The notes beneath the pieces are model-generated. The model ran no database searches and was not told the DNA's origin. It was given only the letters and a program-made list of their open reading frames with translations. Source: an uncultured delta proteobacterium (GTDB lineage Bacteria > Myxococcota_A > Polyangia > Fen-1088). Taken from it: DNA of 64,000 nucleotides. This document shows positions 28,719 to 37,733 of the stretch, piece by piece. Both the position numbers and the translations under genes were made by a program. Location of the stretch: positions 96,001 through 160,000 of the forward strand of contig CAVYGB010000009.1 of assembly GCA_963767925.1 (NCBI GenBank). The letters run 5' to 3'. The stretch's first letter is position 1. Each line of letters opens with the position of its first letter.

Positions 28719-28973
28719 CCGGCGGATACTAGCGCACAGCCCGGTCGGCCGGTCACCGGGTGGGGGCTGCGCGCCGCCGGTCCGCTCCGCAGCCAATCGA
28801 GTTTTGTACCGGATCGATGCCGGTGGCGGGCGCGGGGGCGGTTCGCGCATTGACATGAAAATACCGATCAGCCAACAATCGTGCAGCGTCGATCGGGGAA
28901 CGGAGCGCGCGGGGGGTTCACGCTCCGGAGATCCTCTGACGAGCTCTCTGGTGAGAGCTTCCGGTGACGGCTC

Positions 28974-28988
28974 TGGTACGACGTCTGC
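28974..28988 (+). promoter_or_regulatory. Putative sigma54 promoter of the tandem receiver gene
   Basis: TGGTAC-GACGT-CTGC (GG-N10-GC). A TTGACA also occurs at 28850. Confidence 0.45.
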
Positions 28989-29104
28989 GCGAGTCGATGG
29001 GCGGTGTTCGTGGGTTCCGGCCGAGGGGGGGGTGAGGTCATGCCCGATGCAAGCGAGGCTTCTTTCGTGAGACCAGCAACGCAGGCGGCGGCAGGTGCTG
29101 GCGG

Positions 29105-30520
29105 ATGGCCGGGATGAGCAGCGCGAGCATCCTGATCGTCGCCGCCAGCGCCCTCACCCGCAAGACGTTCCGGGCGGTGATCGAGGAGGAGGGGTTCACC
29201 GCCCTGGAGGCCGAGTCGGGGGCGGGCGCGCTGGACGCCCTGCGCTCTCGCGGCGCCCAGCTCGTCCTCGTCGACACGAAGTTGCCCGACATGAGCGGTT
29301 TCGACCTGGCGCGCAGGCTGCGCAGCCTGCCCGGGGGCACGGAGACGCCGGTGGTGGCGCTGTCCGGGTTCCTCTATCTGCTGGAGAACACGCGCCCGCC
29401 GCCCGAGACCTTCGACGCCTTTCTGTTCAAGCCGGTCGAGCCCGACCGGCTGGTGGAGACCATCCGGGCCTTCCTGCCGGGGGGGCGCTCCGGCGACGAG
29501 GGGGCGAGCCGCCGCCGGGCCGGCCACATCCTCATCGTCGACGACGATCCCGTCCAGGTCGAGATCGCCCAGCTCCAGCTCTCGACCCGCTTCGCGCGGG
29601 TCACCTCCGCCCGGGGAGGCGCGGCGGCGCTGGCCCAGGCCCGCCGCACCCGACCGGACCTCATCCTCAGCGACATCTTGATGCCCGGGATGGACGGGTT
29701 CGAGCTGTGCATGGCCATCCGCCAGGATCCCCTCCTGACCGACATCCCCATCGTGCTCGTGTCGGCCCACTACGACGACCCCACCGACGCCAAGCTGGCC
29801 CTGCGCGTGGGGGCCAACGCCCTGGCCTCGCGGCGAGGGACCTTCTCCGAGGTGCTCACGACCATCGTCGAGGTGCTCGAGCAGAGCGAGCTGGCCCGTT
29901 ACCACGTCAGCCGGCCCCGCTTGCAGCTCGAGCGGCGGCTGTCGCTCGACGTCGGGGAGGCGCAGCGGGTGGCCCTGCAGAGCGCCGAGCTGCTGCTCCT
30001 CAGCCGGGTGGTCAGCGCGCTCACCCAGTGCGGCGACGTGAACACCGAGATCGGCGAGGTGCTCGCCGTCTGCCTCGACGCCGCCGGGATCGACCGGGGG
30101 GTGCTCTACCGGACCGGCGATCCGAAGGGCTTCTGCGTCTCGCACGTCGTCGGCTTCGGCCCCGAGCTCGGCCGGGAGGTGGCCGACGTCTTCGGCCACC
30201 CCGACCTGCTCGACCGGGCGGTGGCCGAATCGGCGCCCCTGTCGGTGACGGCGCCGGGCCTGCCGTCCGCCGAGGTGGCGACCTTCCTGGCGCGCGCCGA
30301 GCTGACCTCCGCGCTCTTCGTGCCCCTGGTGGGGGGAGGGCGCCGCCTGGGCGCGCTGCTGCTGGGCTCGAGCGTCCCGACGCCTGGCGACGTGCAGCTC
30401 CCCTTCTGCCGCTCGCTGGCGGCGCACATCGGCCAGGCCCTCGCGCTGTCGGATGTCTTCGCGCGCGAGCAGATCCGCCACGCCGCCCCCGAGCCGCTGC
30501 AACCCACCACCCTGGAGTAA
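29105..30520 (+). CDS. Tandem receiver (REC-REC) + GAF domain protein with no output domain
   Basis: First REC degenerate (ILIVAAS...VDTKLPDMSG...FKPV), second REC canonical (ILIVDDD...SDILMPGMDG), C-terminal GAF (ALFVPLVGGGRRLGALLLG). Confidence 0.85.
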   Translation: MAGMSSASILIVAASALTRKTFRAVIEEEGFTALEAESGAGALDALRSRGAQLVLVDTKLPDMSGFDLARRLRSLPGGTETPVVALSGFLYLLENTRPPPETFDAFLFKPVEPDRLVETIRAFLPGGRSGDEGASRRRAGHILIVDDDPVQVEIAQLQLSTRFARVTSARGGAAALAQARRTRPDLILSDILMPGMDGFELCMAIRQDPLLTDIPIVLVSAHYDDPTDAKLALRVGANALASRRGTFSEVLTTIVEVLEQSELARYHVSRPRLQLERRLSLDVGEAQRVALQSAELLLLSRVVSALTQCGDVNTEIGEVLAVCLDAAGIDRGVLYRTGDPKGFCVSHVVGFGPELGREVADVFGHPDLLDRAVAESAPLSVTAPGLPSAEVATFLARAELTSALFVPLVGGGRRLGALLLGSSVPTPGDVQLPFCRSLAAHIGQALALSDVFAREQIRHAAPEPLQPTTLE

Positions 30521-30553
30521 TCGGGAGTAGGGCGAGGCGGCCGGGCGTCCGCC

Positions 30554-31414
30554 TCAGGCGGCGGCGCGGGCCAGGGGCTGCTCGGAGAGGGTGGCGGGGA
30601 CGCTGCGGGCCGCGCGGATCGCTTCGGTCATCTCGCGCCGGGCCTCGAGGCGGGCGGCCTCGAGCTCGAGCTCGAGGCCAAAGCCGGCGGCGAGGGTCTC
30701 GATGGGGCAGCGGGCGCGCGAGGTCTCGGTCTCTTCCGGGTAAAAGCGGCAGCTCACGCAGTCGACGAAGGCCGGGCCCCGGCCGTCGCGGGCGTAGGCC
30801 ACGGCCTCGTCGAGGGCGTTGCGGACCGTCAGCACGTTCATGCCGTCCACCGTGCGGGTGAAGATCGGGAAGGGCCGGGCCAGGCCGGCCAGGTCGTCGA
30901 CGGCGGCGGCGTCGGGCGCGTGGCGCGAGGCCGAGGGGTGGCTGTTGCCGACAACCACCAGGGGGAGCTTCCACTGGGCGGCGAGGGCCAGGGTCTCGTG
31001 GAGCTGGGCCGCGCTGCAGGCGCCGGCGCCGAGCATCCAGACCACGACCCCGTCGCGCCCGGCCTGCTGCTGGGCGAGGGCCGCGCCCACCGCCGCCGAG
31101 AGGTCGCCGGCTGCCACCGCGCGGGTGGCGGGGACCGCCTTGCGGGTCGGGGCGACCGGCTGGTCGAGGAGGTCGGCGATCACGTCGCGGGCGGCGGCGC
31201 CGCGGGCCAGGGCGGGCCCGAGCGAGCGGCCGCTGATGATGAGCTGGTCGCCCGGCTCGAGCACGGCGCAGGTCCCCACCGCGACCGCCTCGTCGCCGGA
31301 GGAGAGGTGCTGGAAGCCGGCGCCCGGCAGGGTGGGCAGGTGCTGCTTGAATGCCCGGATGCGGACCATGGCGCGGAGCATGTCGGCGGGCTTGCGGCTG
31401 GTTCTCGTGGTCAT
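30554..31414 (-). CDS. Degenerate pyruvate/2-oxoacid dehydrogenase E1-alpha-like protein
   Basis: MVRIRAF, GFQHLSSGDEAVAVG, HETLALAAQWKLPLV, VDGMNVLTV, ARDGRGPAFV; the ThDP motif GDG is GAG. Confidence 0.78.
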   Translation of the reverse strand: MTTRTSRKPADMLRAMVRIRAFKQHLPTLPGAGFQHLSSGDEAVAVGTCAVLEPGDQLIISGRSLGPALARGAAARDVIADLLDQPVAPTRKAVPATRAVAAGDLSAAVGAALAQQQAGRDGVVVWMLGAGACSAAQLHETLALAAQWKLPLVVVGNSHPSASRHAPDAAAVDDLAGLARPFPIFTRTVDGMNVLTVRNALDEAVAYARDGRGPAFVDCVSCRFYPEETETSRARCPIETLAAGFGLELELEAARLEARREMTEAIRAARSVPATLSEQPLARAAA

Positions 31415-31428
31415 GCCCGGAGGACATC

Positions 31429-31443
31429 GCACACGGCGTGCCA
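31429..31443 (-). promoter_or_regulatory. Putative sigma54 promoter of the E1-alpha-like gene
   Basis: Minus strand TGGCAC-GCCGT-GTGC ending 15 bp before ATG 31414. Confidence 0.6.
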
Positions 31444-31692
31444 GCTTGCTGGCCGGGACGAAGCGGCGGGATTCCCGGCCTGTCCCGGCGGGGGCCGGCC
31501 GGCAGGAGCGCCAGGCGGGCGTGATTCCCCGGTGCGCGCCCCGCGAGTCACGTGACTGGTGTCGGCCGGTGGTCGGGGCCCCGAGGGGGTTGTATATAGT
31601 GAGCCATCCGTCCGGGCGCCCTCGGCAGATCAGGCAGCAGGGCAATCGGCCAGCAGGGGGCCCCGATCAAAGACCGTTATCAAGACCTGGAG

Positions 31693-32976
31693 TTGCTGGG
31701 CGAAGGCGCCTTTGGCCGCACCTTCGCGGCCCGGGATGCCCAGACCGGGGCCGCGGTGGTGGTCAAGCAGATCGCCGTGCGCGGCCTGCCCGGGTGGAAG
31801 CCGTTCGAGTACTTCGAGCGCGAGGTGGCGGTCCTGCGTACGCTCGATCACCCCGGGGTCCCGCGCTTCGTCGACGCCTTCGAGTCCGAGCTCGAGGGGA
31901 CCGGGCCCACCCTCGTCCTCGTGATGGAGCGGATCGCGGGCGAGACCTTGCTGGCCCTGATCCAGCGGGGCCACCGCTGGCCCGAGCAGCAGGCCCGGAG
32001 CCTGCTCGAGCGGCTGCTCGAGACGCTCGACCACCTGCACCGCCTGTCGCCGCCGGTGATCCACCGCGACATCAAGCCGGCCAACATCATGTTGCGGGCC
32101 GACGGGCAGCCGGTGCTGGTCGACTTCGGCGCGGTCCACGACTGGGGCAGCCGGGCCGGACACGGCTCGCTCACCGTGGTGGGCACGGTCGGCTACATGG
32201 CCCCCGAGCAGGCGATGGGCGCGCCGGCCCCCGCCTCGGACCTGTTCGCCCTGGGGGCCACCGCGGTGCACGCCCTCAGCCACTGCCACCCGGCCGACCT
32301 GCCCCGGCGGGGCCTGCAGCTCGCCTTCGCCGATCGGGTCGGCTGCTCGCCCGAGCTGGTGGCGGTGCTGCAACGGCTTGTCGAGCCCGACCTGCGCGAG
32401 CGCTACGCCCGCGCCTCGGATGCGCTGGCCGATCTGCGACGGCCGTCCCGCCCGACCCCGCCGGAGAAGGCCCTCGCCGTGCGGGCGCCGACCCGGGCCC
32501 TCGTCCACCTCGCGCTGCCGCCGGCGCCGCGGCCGCTGACGAAGGTGGCGCAGGCGCAGCTCCGGGGCCGGGCGACCTTGCGGGCGGTCAAGACCCTCGG
32601 CGCCTGGGCGACCGCGATGGCGGTGGCGGGGGGGGTGTTGAGCTCCTCGGGCAGCCCCGGCCCGTTGCTCGTCGCCGCCCTGGCCACCATCGGCGCCGCC
32701 GGCCTGCTGACCTTCACCCGGGGCAACCAGCGGGACCTGCACCTGCACCGCAACGGGACCGCCGCCGAGGGGCGGGTCTACGACGTGCGCCGGGACGTCA
32801 CCGGCAACACGCTGTACGCCCGCGTCCTCTACGACTTCCAGGTGGGCGAGCAGCACTTCCGGGGTGAGCTCGACGCCTCGAACGCCGCCGCCCGCCAGGT
32901 CCAGGTCGACGACCCCGTCCTCATCGTCTACGACCCCGACCGCCCCCGCCGCCACCTGGCCACGCTGGTCGGCTGA
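31693..32976 (+). CDS. Membrane Ser/Thr protein kinase with C-terminal TM hairpin and DUF3592-like domain
   Basis: LGEGAFGRT, VVKQ, IHRDIKPANI, VDFG, GYMAPE. True start probably upstream (IKDRY in frame; possible slip at GGGGGCCCC near 31660). Confidence 0.9.
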   Translation: MLGEGAFGRTFAARDAQTGAAVVVKQIAVRGLPGWKPFEYFEREVAVLRTLDHPGVPRFVDAFESELEGTGPTLVLVMERIAGETLLALIQRGHRWPEQQARSLLERLLETLDHLHRLSPPVIHRDIKPANIMLRADGQPVLVDFGAVHDWGSRAGHGSLTVVGTVGYMAPEQAMGAPAPASDLFALGATAVHALSHCHPADLPRRGLQLAFADRVGCSPELVAVLQRLVEPDLRERYARASDALADLRRPSRPTPPEKALAVRAPTRALVHLALPPAPRPLTKVAQAQLRGRATLRAVKTLGAWATAMAVAGGVLSSSGSPGPLLVAALATIGAAGLLTFTRGNQRDLHLHRNGTAAEGRVYDVRRDVTGNTLYARVLYDFQVGEQHFRGELDASNAAARQVQVDDPVLIVYDPDRPRRHLATLVG

Positions 32977-33069
32977 GGGGCGCGGCCGCTGGCGCCGCTT
33001 CAGCGCGCCAGGGCGGTCAGGAAGGCGCGGGCGGCGCCAGCGCGGGCTGCCAGGCGGGAAAGAACGGGC

Positions 33070-33290
33070 TTATCGCGCAGGCCGGATCGGCCAGCCGCTC
33101 GCGGAAGCAGGCGCACGCGCTCTCGCTGATGATCCGCGCAGCCCCGCCGGGTGCCGGTGCGCGTAGGTCTGGGCCAGCCAGCCGCCCCCCGACATTCCCC
33201 AGAACACCCAGGGCGGAAGGCCCAGCCGCCGCCGCACCCCTTCGAGGTCGTCCACCATCTGGAAGAAGCTCGCCTGCGCAACCGGGCCCG
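33070..33290 (-). pseudogene. Alpha/beta-hydrolase (proline iminopeptidase-like) fragment
   Basis: VDDLEGVRRRLGLPPWVFWGMSGGGWLAQTYAHRHP (GxSxG elbow) with no N- or C-terminal parts. Confidence 0.7.
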
Positions 33291-33379
33291 ACCCACTTCG
33301 CGGGGGGACCGCGGTCCGATCAGGGCGGCGGGGATCGGTGCCGGTGGGCCCCCTCGACCGAGCCGGGGGCAGGCGCGGG

Positions 33380-34693
33380 TCAGGCCAGGGCGCGGATCTC
33401 GCGGAGGACGGTGTCCATCTCCTCGGGCGAGTTGAGGATGCCGGGGCTGAGGCGCGCGTACTGGGTGGCGTAGGGGGTCACGCTGGCGATGATCCGGCGG
33501 GCCAGGAGGCGCTTGATGACCTCGGGGGCGGGCAGGCGGGCGACCTCGAAGCAGACCAGGCCCGAGGAGAGCGACTCGGCCAGGGGGGTGTGCAGCTTGA
33601 CGTGGGCCATCTCGCGCAGCCCCTCCTTGCACTGGCGGGTCAGCGCGTGGATGCGCGCGGTGATCCGCTCGCGGCCGATGGTCCGGTGGAAGGCGAAGGC
33701 CTCCGGCAGGGCCCAGCGGTGCTCGAAGCTGTGGAACCCGCCCGGGGTGGTCAGGGCGCCGGGCGGGCTGGCCGGCAGCTCACCCTTGATCCAGGCGATG
33801 TAAGCCTGCAGATCGAACGAGGGGATCAGCGGGCGGTGTCCCTGCCAGGCGGCCGGACGCCCCCACAAGATCCCGGTGCCGCGCGGCCCGAAGATCCACT
33901 TGTGGCAGCCGGCGGCGAAGAAGTCGCAGCCGAGCTCGGCCGGTGACTCGCGCTCGACCCCGAAGCCGTGGACCCCGTCCACACAGAACAGGATCCGCGC
34001 CCCTTCGGCGCGCTGGCGGTTCGCGTCCTCCACGACGGCGGCCAGGCGGCGGATCGGCAGCTTGACCCCGGTCGAGGAGTGCACCCAGGTCACGCCCACC
34101 ACCCGCGTCTCGGGCCCGATGGCCGCCTTCAGGCGGGCGGCGATCTCCTCCTCGGAGGCGGCGGCCGGCTGATCGTAGAGGGCGACCTTGCGGACGCGGG
34201 CGCCGGTCCGGCCCGCCACGAACCGCAGGTTCTCGTGGGTGGCGTAGTGATCGTGGACGGTGGTCAGCACCTCCTGCCCGGGCTGCAGCGCCAGTCCGCC
34301 GTACAGCATCGCCAGCGCCATGGTGGTGCTGTCGGCGAGGGCGATGTCCCCGGGTTTCCCGCCGGTGTAGGCCGCGACCGCGGCGCGCACCTCGTCTTCG
34401 GCCCCCTCGAGCCGCTGCTCGACGTATTCGGTCGGATTCTCGTCGAGGCCGCGCCGGTGCCGCTCGATCGCCTCCCGCACCGGCCGGGGATGGGAGGCCA
34501 TCAACATGAGCGCCATGTGGATGTGATCGCGGCTGAGCAGGAACTGGCTCCGCACCGCGCTCCAGTCGGGCGGCGTGCCGTCCGCGGCCAGCAGCGGCGC
34601 CGGCCGCTCGGCCCGCCCGCTGCGACAGGCCGGCGCCAGCGCCCCCGCGCCCAGCCCGGCCCCCGTGAGAAACCTCCTGCGGTCGATCGACAT
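33380..34693 (-). CDS. Tat-exported class V PLP-dependent enzyme (PvdN / isopenicillin N epimerase-like)
   Basis: DRRRFL Tat motif, TWVHSSTG, VDGVHGFG, AGCHKWIFGPRGTG, PGGFHSFEHRWAL. Confidence 0.88.
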   Translation of the reverse strand: MSIDRRRFLTGAGLGAGALAPACRSGRAERPAPLLAADGTPPDWSAVRSQFLLSRDHIHMALMLMASHPRPVREAIERHRRGLDENPTEYVEQRLEGAEDEVRAAVAAYTGGKPGDIALADSTTMALAMLYGGLALQPGQEVLTTVHDHYATHENLRFVAGRTGARVRKVALYDQPAAASEEEIAARLKAAIGPETRVVGVTWVHSSTGVKLPIRRLAAVVEDANRQRAEGARILFCVDGVHGFGVERESPAELGCDFFAAGCHKWIFGPRGTGILWGRPAAWQGHRPLIPSFDLQAYIAWIKGELPASPPGALTTPGGFHSFEHRWALPEAFAFHRTIGRERITARIHALTRQCKEGLREMAHVKLHTPLAESLSSGLVCFEVARLPAPEVIKRLLARRIIASVTPYATQYARLSPGILNSPEEMDTVLREIRALA

Positions 34694-34837
34694 GACTCAC
34701 CTCCCGCCCGTATCTTGCCTGCATTCGGGCCCGGCCGACGCAAGTCGTTCTCGGCAACCCTGTCGGGCACGAACCGGTCGCGGTCGCCCGCAGGAAGCGC
34801 CGATCGGGGTCGGCGAGCGGGCCGGGGGGGGGCGGGG

Positions 34838-35362
34838 TCAGGCGCGGGGTTCGGTCAGGGGGAGGAGGGGTTTGGTCATGAGGACCAGGTGGGCGGGGCG
34901 GCGGAGCTTGAAGAGGTCGGGGAAGGGGGCGGTGTCGAAGGGGGCGTAGCCGAGGGCGGTGTAGATGGGGAGCAGCTCGGGGCGCAGGTTCACGATGCCG
35001 AGATCGAGGAAGCGGCAGCCGGCGGCGCGACAGTGTGCCTCGACGGCGGTGACGAGCAGGCGGCCGAGGCCCCGGCCCTGATAGTCGGGATCGACGGCGA
35101 GCATGCCGAGGTGGCCGCGGGGGCCGTGGATCTCGGTGTGGACCGCGGCGGCGAAGCCGCCCGCGCGGCGGTCCTCGAGGACCAGGAGGCAGCTCTCCGG
35201 GGCGGTCAGCTTGCCGGTCACGTCGGCGGCGTGGGTGCGGTCGCCGTCGATGAAGAAGTCCTCGACCCGGAAGGCGCGGTTGACCAGCCGCACGATGCCG
35301 GGGACATCGTCGGCGGTCGCGCGGCGGGGCGGGGTCAGGTGGGCGGGCGGCGGAGCGGCCAT
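34838..35362 (-). CDS. GNAT family N-acetyltransferase
   Basis: LAVDPDYQGRGLGRLL acetyl-CoA motif, YTALGY. Confidence 0.92.
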   Translation of the reverse strand: MAAPPPAHLTPPRRATADDVPGIVRLVNRAFRVEDFFIDGDRTHAADVTGKLTAPESCLLVLEDRRAGGFAAAVHTEIHGPRGHLGMLAVDPDYQGRGLGRLLVTAVEAHCRAAGCRFLDLGIVNLRPELLPIYTALGYAPFDTAPFPDLFKLRRPAHLVLMTKPLLPLTEPRA

Positions 35363-35365
35363 GGG

Positions 35366-35698
35366 TCAGGCGGGGGGCGCGAGCCGGCGGGCTTCTCGGC
35401 CCATCTCACCGCGCAGCATCTTTCCGAACATGACGAAGTCGGCGGCCAGCGACCAGAGGGGGTGGCGGAAGGTCGCAGGACGGTTCTTCTCTACCAGGAA
35501 ATGGGCCGCCCAGGCGAAGCCGTAGCCGAACACCGGCGCCAGCGCGAGCAACTTGCGCGGCCCCACCGTGAGAGCAACGGCCACCGTGGCGATCACCCCC
35601 GCCGTGCCGACATAGTGCAGCCCCCGGGTGAGCGGCCGGCCATGCTCGCGCACATAAAACGGCCAGAACTCCCGGAAGCTCCCCAGGCCCTTGTCCAT
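35366..35698 (-). CDS. DUF962 / Mpo1-like membrane protein
   Basis: FWPFYVREH, LHYVGT, GYGFAWAAHFLVEKNRPATFRHPLWSL. Confidence 0.9.
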   Translation of the reverse strand: MDKGLGSFREFWPFYVREHGRPLTRGLHYVGTAGVIATVAVALTVGPRKLLALAPVFGYGFAWAAHFLVEKNRPATFRHPLWSLAADFVMFGKMLRGEMGREARRLAPPA

Positions 35699-35934
35699 GC
35701 CGCCAGTCTACGCCGGATACCGACCGTCGACCCACCGTCGACAGTCGAGGAGCACCCCGGGGCTGACGGTTCATCACCTCTCCCCGCGGTCTGCCGGGGG
35801 AGAGGTCGGCGCGTCTGCGCGCCGGGTGAGGGGCCTCCGGCGTGGCAACCGCCCCTCACGGGCAGCGCGGCGGCGCCTGTGAAGGTCATCCAGCGGAGGT
35901 CCGGGGCTTGCAGTGTCGGTGCGGCGAGTCGAAC

Positions 35935-36279
35935 ATGCTCATGCTCAGCATCATCGGCGCCGCCGGGTTCGGCGTGGCAGGCGCGCTTCATCCCATGGCG
36001 CAGCTCGAGGCTCAGGCCGCCGCCGCCGCCGCCGTCGGGGGCGCGGGCGCGGGCGCGGCCCGGGCCTGCGGGGAGCCGCCGCTGGACGGCTTCGATCCCG
36101 ATCCCGCCCCGACCAGCGGCGGTGACGGGGGCGATGTCTCCGGCGCGATCGACGGCTGGGATCCCGAGGCGATCCAGGCAGGCCTCGAACGCGACGACCT
36201 CCTGTTCGGCCTCGAGCGCGCCTTCGAGGACCTGGAGCACGAGTCGAAGATGGCGTTCATCCGGAACATCCGGGTCTGA
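35935..36279 (+). CDS. Hypothetical small acidic secreted/membrane protein
   Basis: Hydrophobic N-terminus MLMLSIIGAAGFGVAG, GC3-rich codons. Confidence 0.45.
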   Translation: MLMLSIIGAAGFGVAGALHPMAQLEAQAAAAAAVGGAGAGAARACGEPPLDGFDPDPAPTSGGDGGDVSGAIDGWDPEAIQAGLERDDLLFGLERAFEDLEHESKMAFIRNIRV

Positions 36280-36363
36280 CTTCCCGACTTCCCTGATGCT
36301 CCGGGCGGGGGGCGGCCGGGTTGGGGGCTGATGCGCGCGAGCACCGGTGCGCGGTCGAGCCTC

Positions 36364-36576
36364 GTGCACTTCGAAGTAGCGTCAATCACCTCGAGCGGAC
36401 CGAGACCTACCGACAGCCGTCGCCAGCAACCAGACGACCTGCATGATCAGGCGGCGACAATCCCAGAGTCCCTGCGAGGCGCGTCGACGACATATCCGGC
36501 ATATTCCGAGAGGAGCAACGAAGCGCAGACGCAGGATCGTCGCCGCCTGATTGACGCTACTCCGAAGACGGTGCAC
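36364..36576. mobile_element. ~210-bp MITE/REP-like element with nested inverted repeats
   Basis: TTCGAAGTAGCGTCAATCA (36370-36388) pairs with TGATTGACGCTACTCCGAA (36548-36566); GTGCAC at both ends; inner TCAGGCGGCGACAATCC pairs with GGATCGTCGCCGCCTGA. Confidence 0.65.
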
Positions 36577-36581
36577 GGGCG

Positions 36582-37037
36582 TCAGCCGGCGGCGCTCTTG
36601 ATCAGGTGGGGCGCGATGAAAGAGAGGATGCGCGCCTCCGCGACGCCCACCTCGACGCTCAGGCCGGCGTCACGCATGAGTTGCAGGCCGCGGCCCTGGT
36701 TGCGAGGATCGGTGTCGACGGTGCCCACGAACACCCGGGGGATGCCGCTGCGGACGATGGCCAGAGCGCAGGAGGGGGTGCGGCCCTGGAACGAGCAAGG
36801 CTCGAGCGTCACGAACATCGACAGCTCCTCCGGCCGCCAGCCCCCCGGCAGCTCGGCCAGCGCCGCCACCTCCGCGTGGTGCCTACCCGGCGCCAGCGTG
36901 AACCCGCGCGCGACCACCGCGTCGCCGCGCACGATGACACATCCCACCGGCGGGTTGGGCCGGCACGCGGGCAACGCCGACGCGCTCTGCGCCAGCGCCT
37001 CCTCCATGAATCGCGCCTTGGCCTCAGAAGAAAACAT
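36582..37037 (-). CDS. Stand-alone RibD-type zinc deaminase domain protein
   Basis: PNPPVGCVIV, HAE, VTLEPCSFQGRTPSC, DPRNQGRG; no reductase domain. Confidence 0.88.
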   Translation of the reverse strand: MFSSEAKARFMEEALAQSASALPACRPNPPVGCVIVRGDAVVARGFTLAPGRHHAEVAALAELPGGWRPEELSMFVTLEPCSFQGRTPSCALAIVRSGIPRVFVGTVDTDPRNQGRGLQLMRDAGLSVEVGVAEARILSFIAPHLIKSAAG

Positions 37038-37113
37038 ATCGATGGCTTCGACCCCGAGTGTACCAGCCGCCCCGCCCATGACGACCACGACCCGCGACAA
37101 CGCCCATCACCTT

Positions 37114-37340
37114 CGCCGCGCCGGATCGACCCCATGGATCAGCCGCCCGCCGCCGACGACCAACCCAGTTACTTCTACCCCCGCTCCTCCGCCGCGCCGT
37201 TCGACCCCATGGATCAGCCGCCCGCCACCGACGACCAACCCAGTTACTTCTACCCCCGCTCCCCCGCCGCGCCGGTTCGACCCCATGGTCAGCCGCCCGT
37301 CTCCGACGACCAACCCGGTTACTTCTACCCCCGCTCCGCC
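37114..37340. repeat. Three tandem ~75-bp repeats
   Basis: TCGACCCCATGG...GACGACCAACCCAGTTACTTCTACCCCCGCTCC units begin at 37126, 37201 and 37277. Confidence 0.95.
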
Positions 37341-37350
37341 TCTGCCCTAG

Positions 37351-37709
37351 CTCTATCTGTGACTCTGTCTCTGTCTCTGTCTCTGCTCTGTCTCTGTCTC
37401 TGCTCTGACTCTGCTCTGTCTCTGACTCCGCTCTGACTCTGACTCCGCTCTGTCTCTGACTCCGCTCTGACTCTGACTCTGACTCTGCTCTGACTCCGCT
37501 CTGACTCTGACTCCGCTCTGTCTCTGACTCCGCTCTGACTCTGACTCTGACTCTGCTCTGACTCTGACTCTGACTCTGCTCTGACTCTGACTCCGCTCTG
37601 TCTCTGACTCCGCTCTGACTCTGACTCCGCTCTGTCTCTGACTCCGCTCTGTCTCTGACTCCGCTCTGACTCTGACTCCGCTCTGTCTCTGACTCTATTC
37701 TGTCTCTGA
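37351..37709. repeat. Pyrimidine-rich compound microsatellite (CTCTGA / CTCTGT / CTCCG / CTCTG)
   Basis: ~360 bp of 5-6-mers arranged largely in 17-bp (6+6+5) modules. Confidence 0.97.
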
Positions 37710-37733
37710 AAACGCGAAGCTGAGTGGCAGTTG

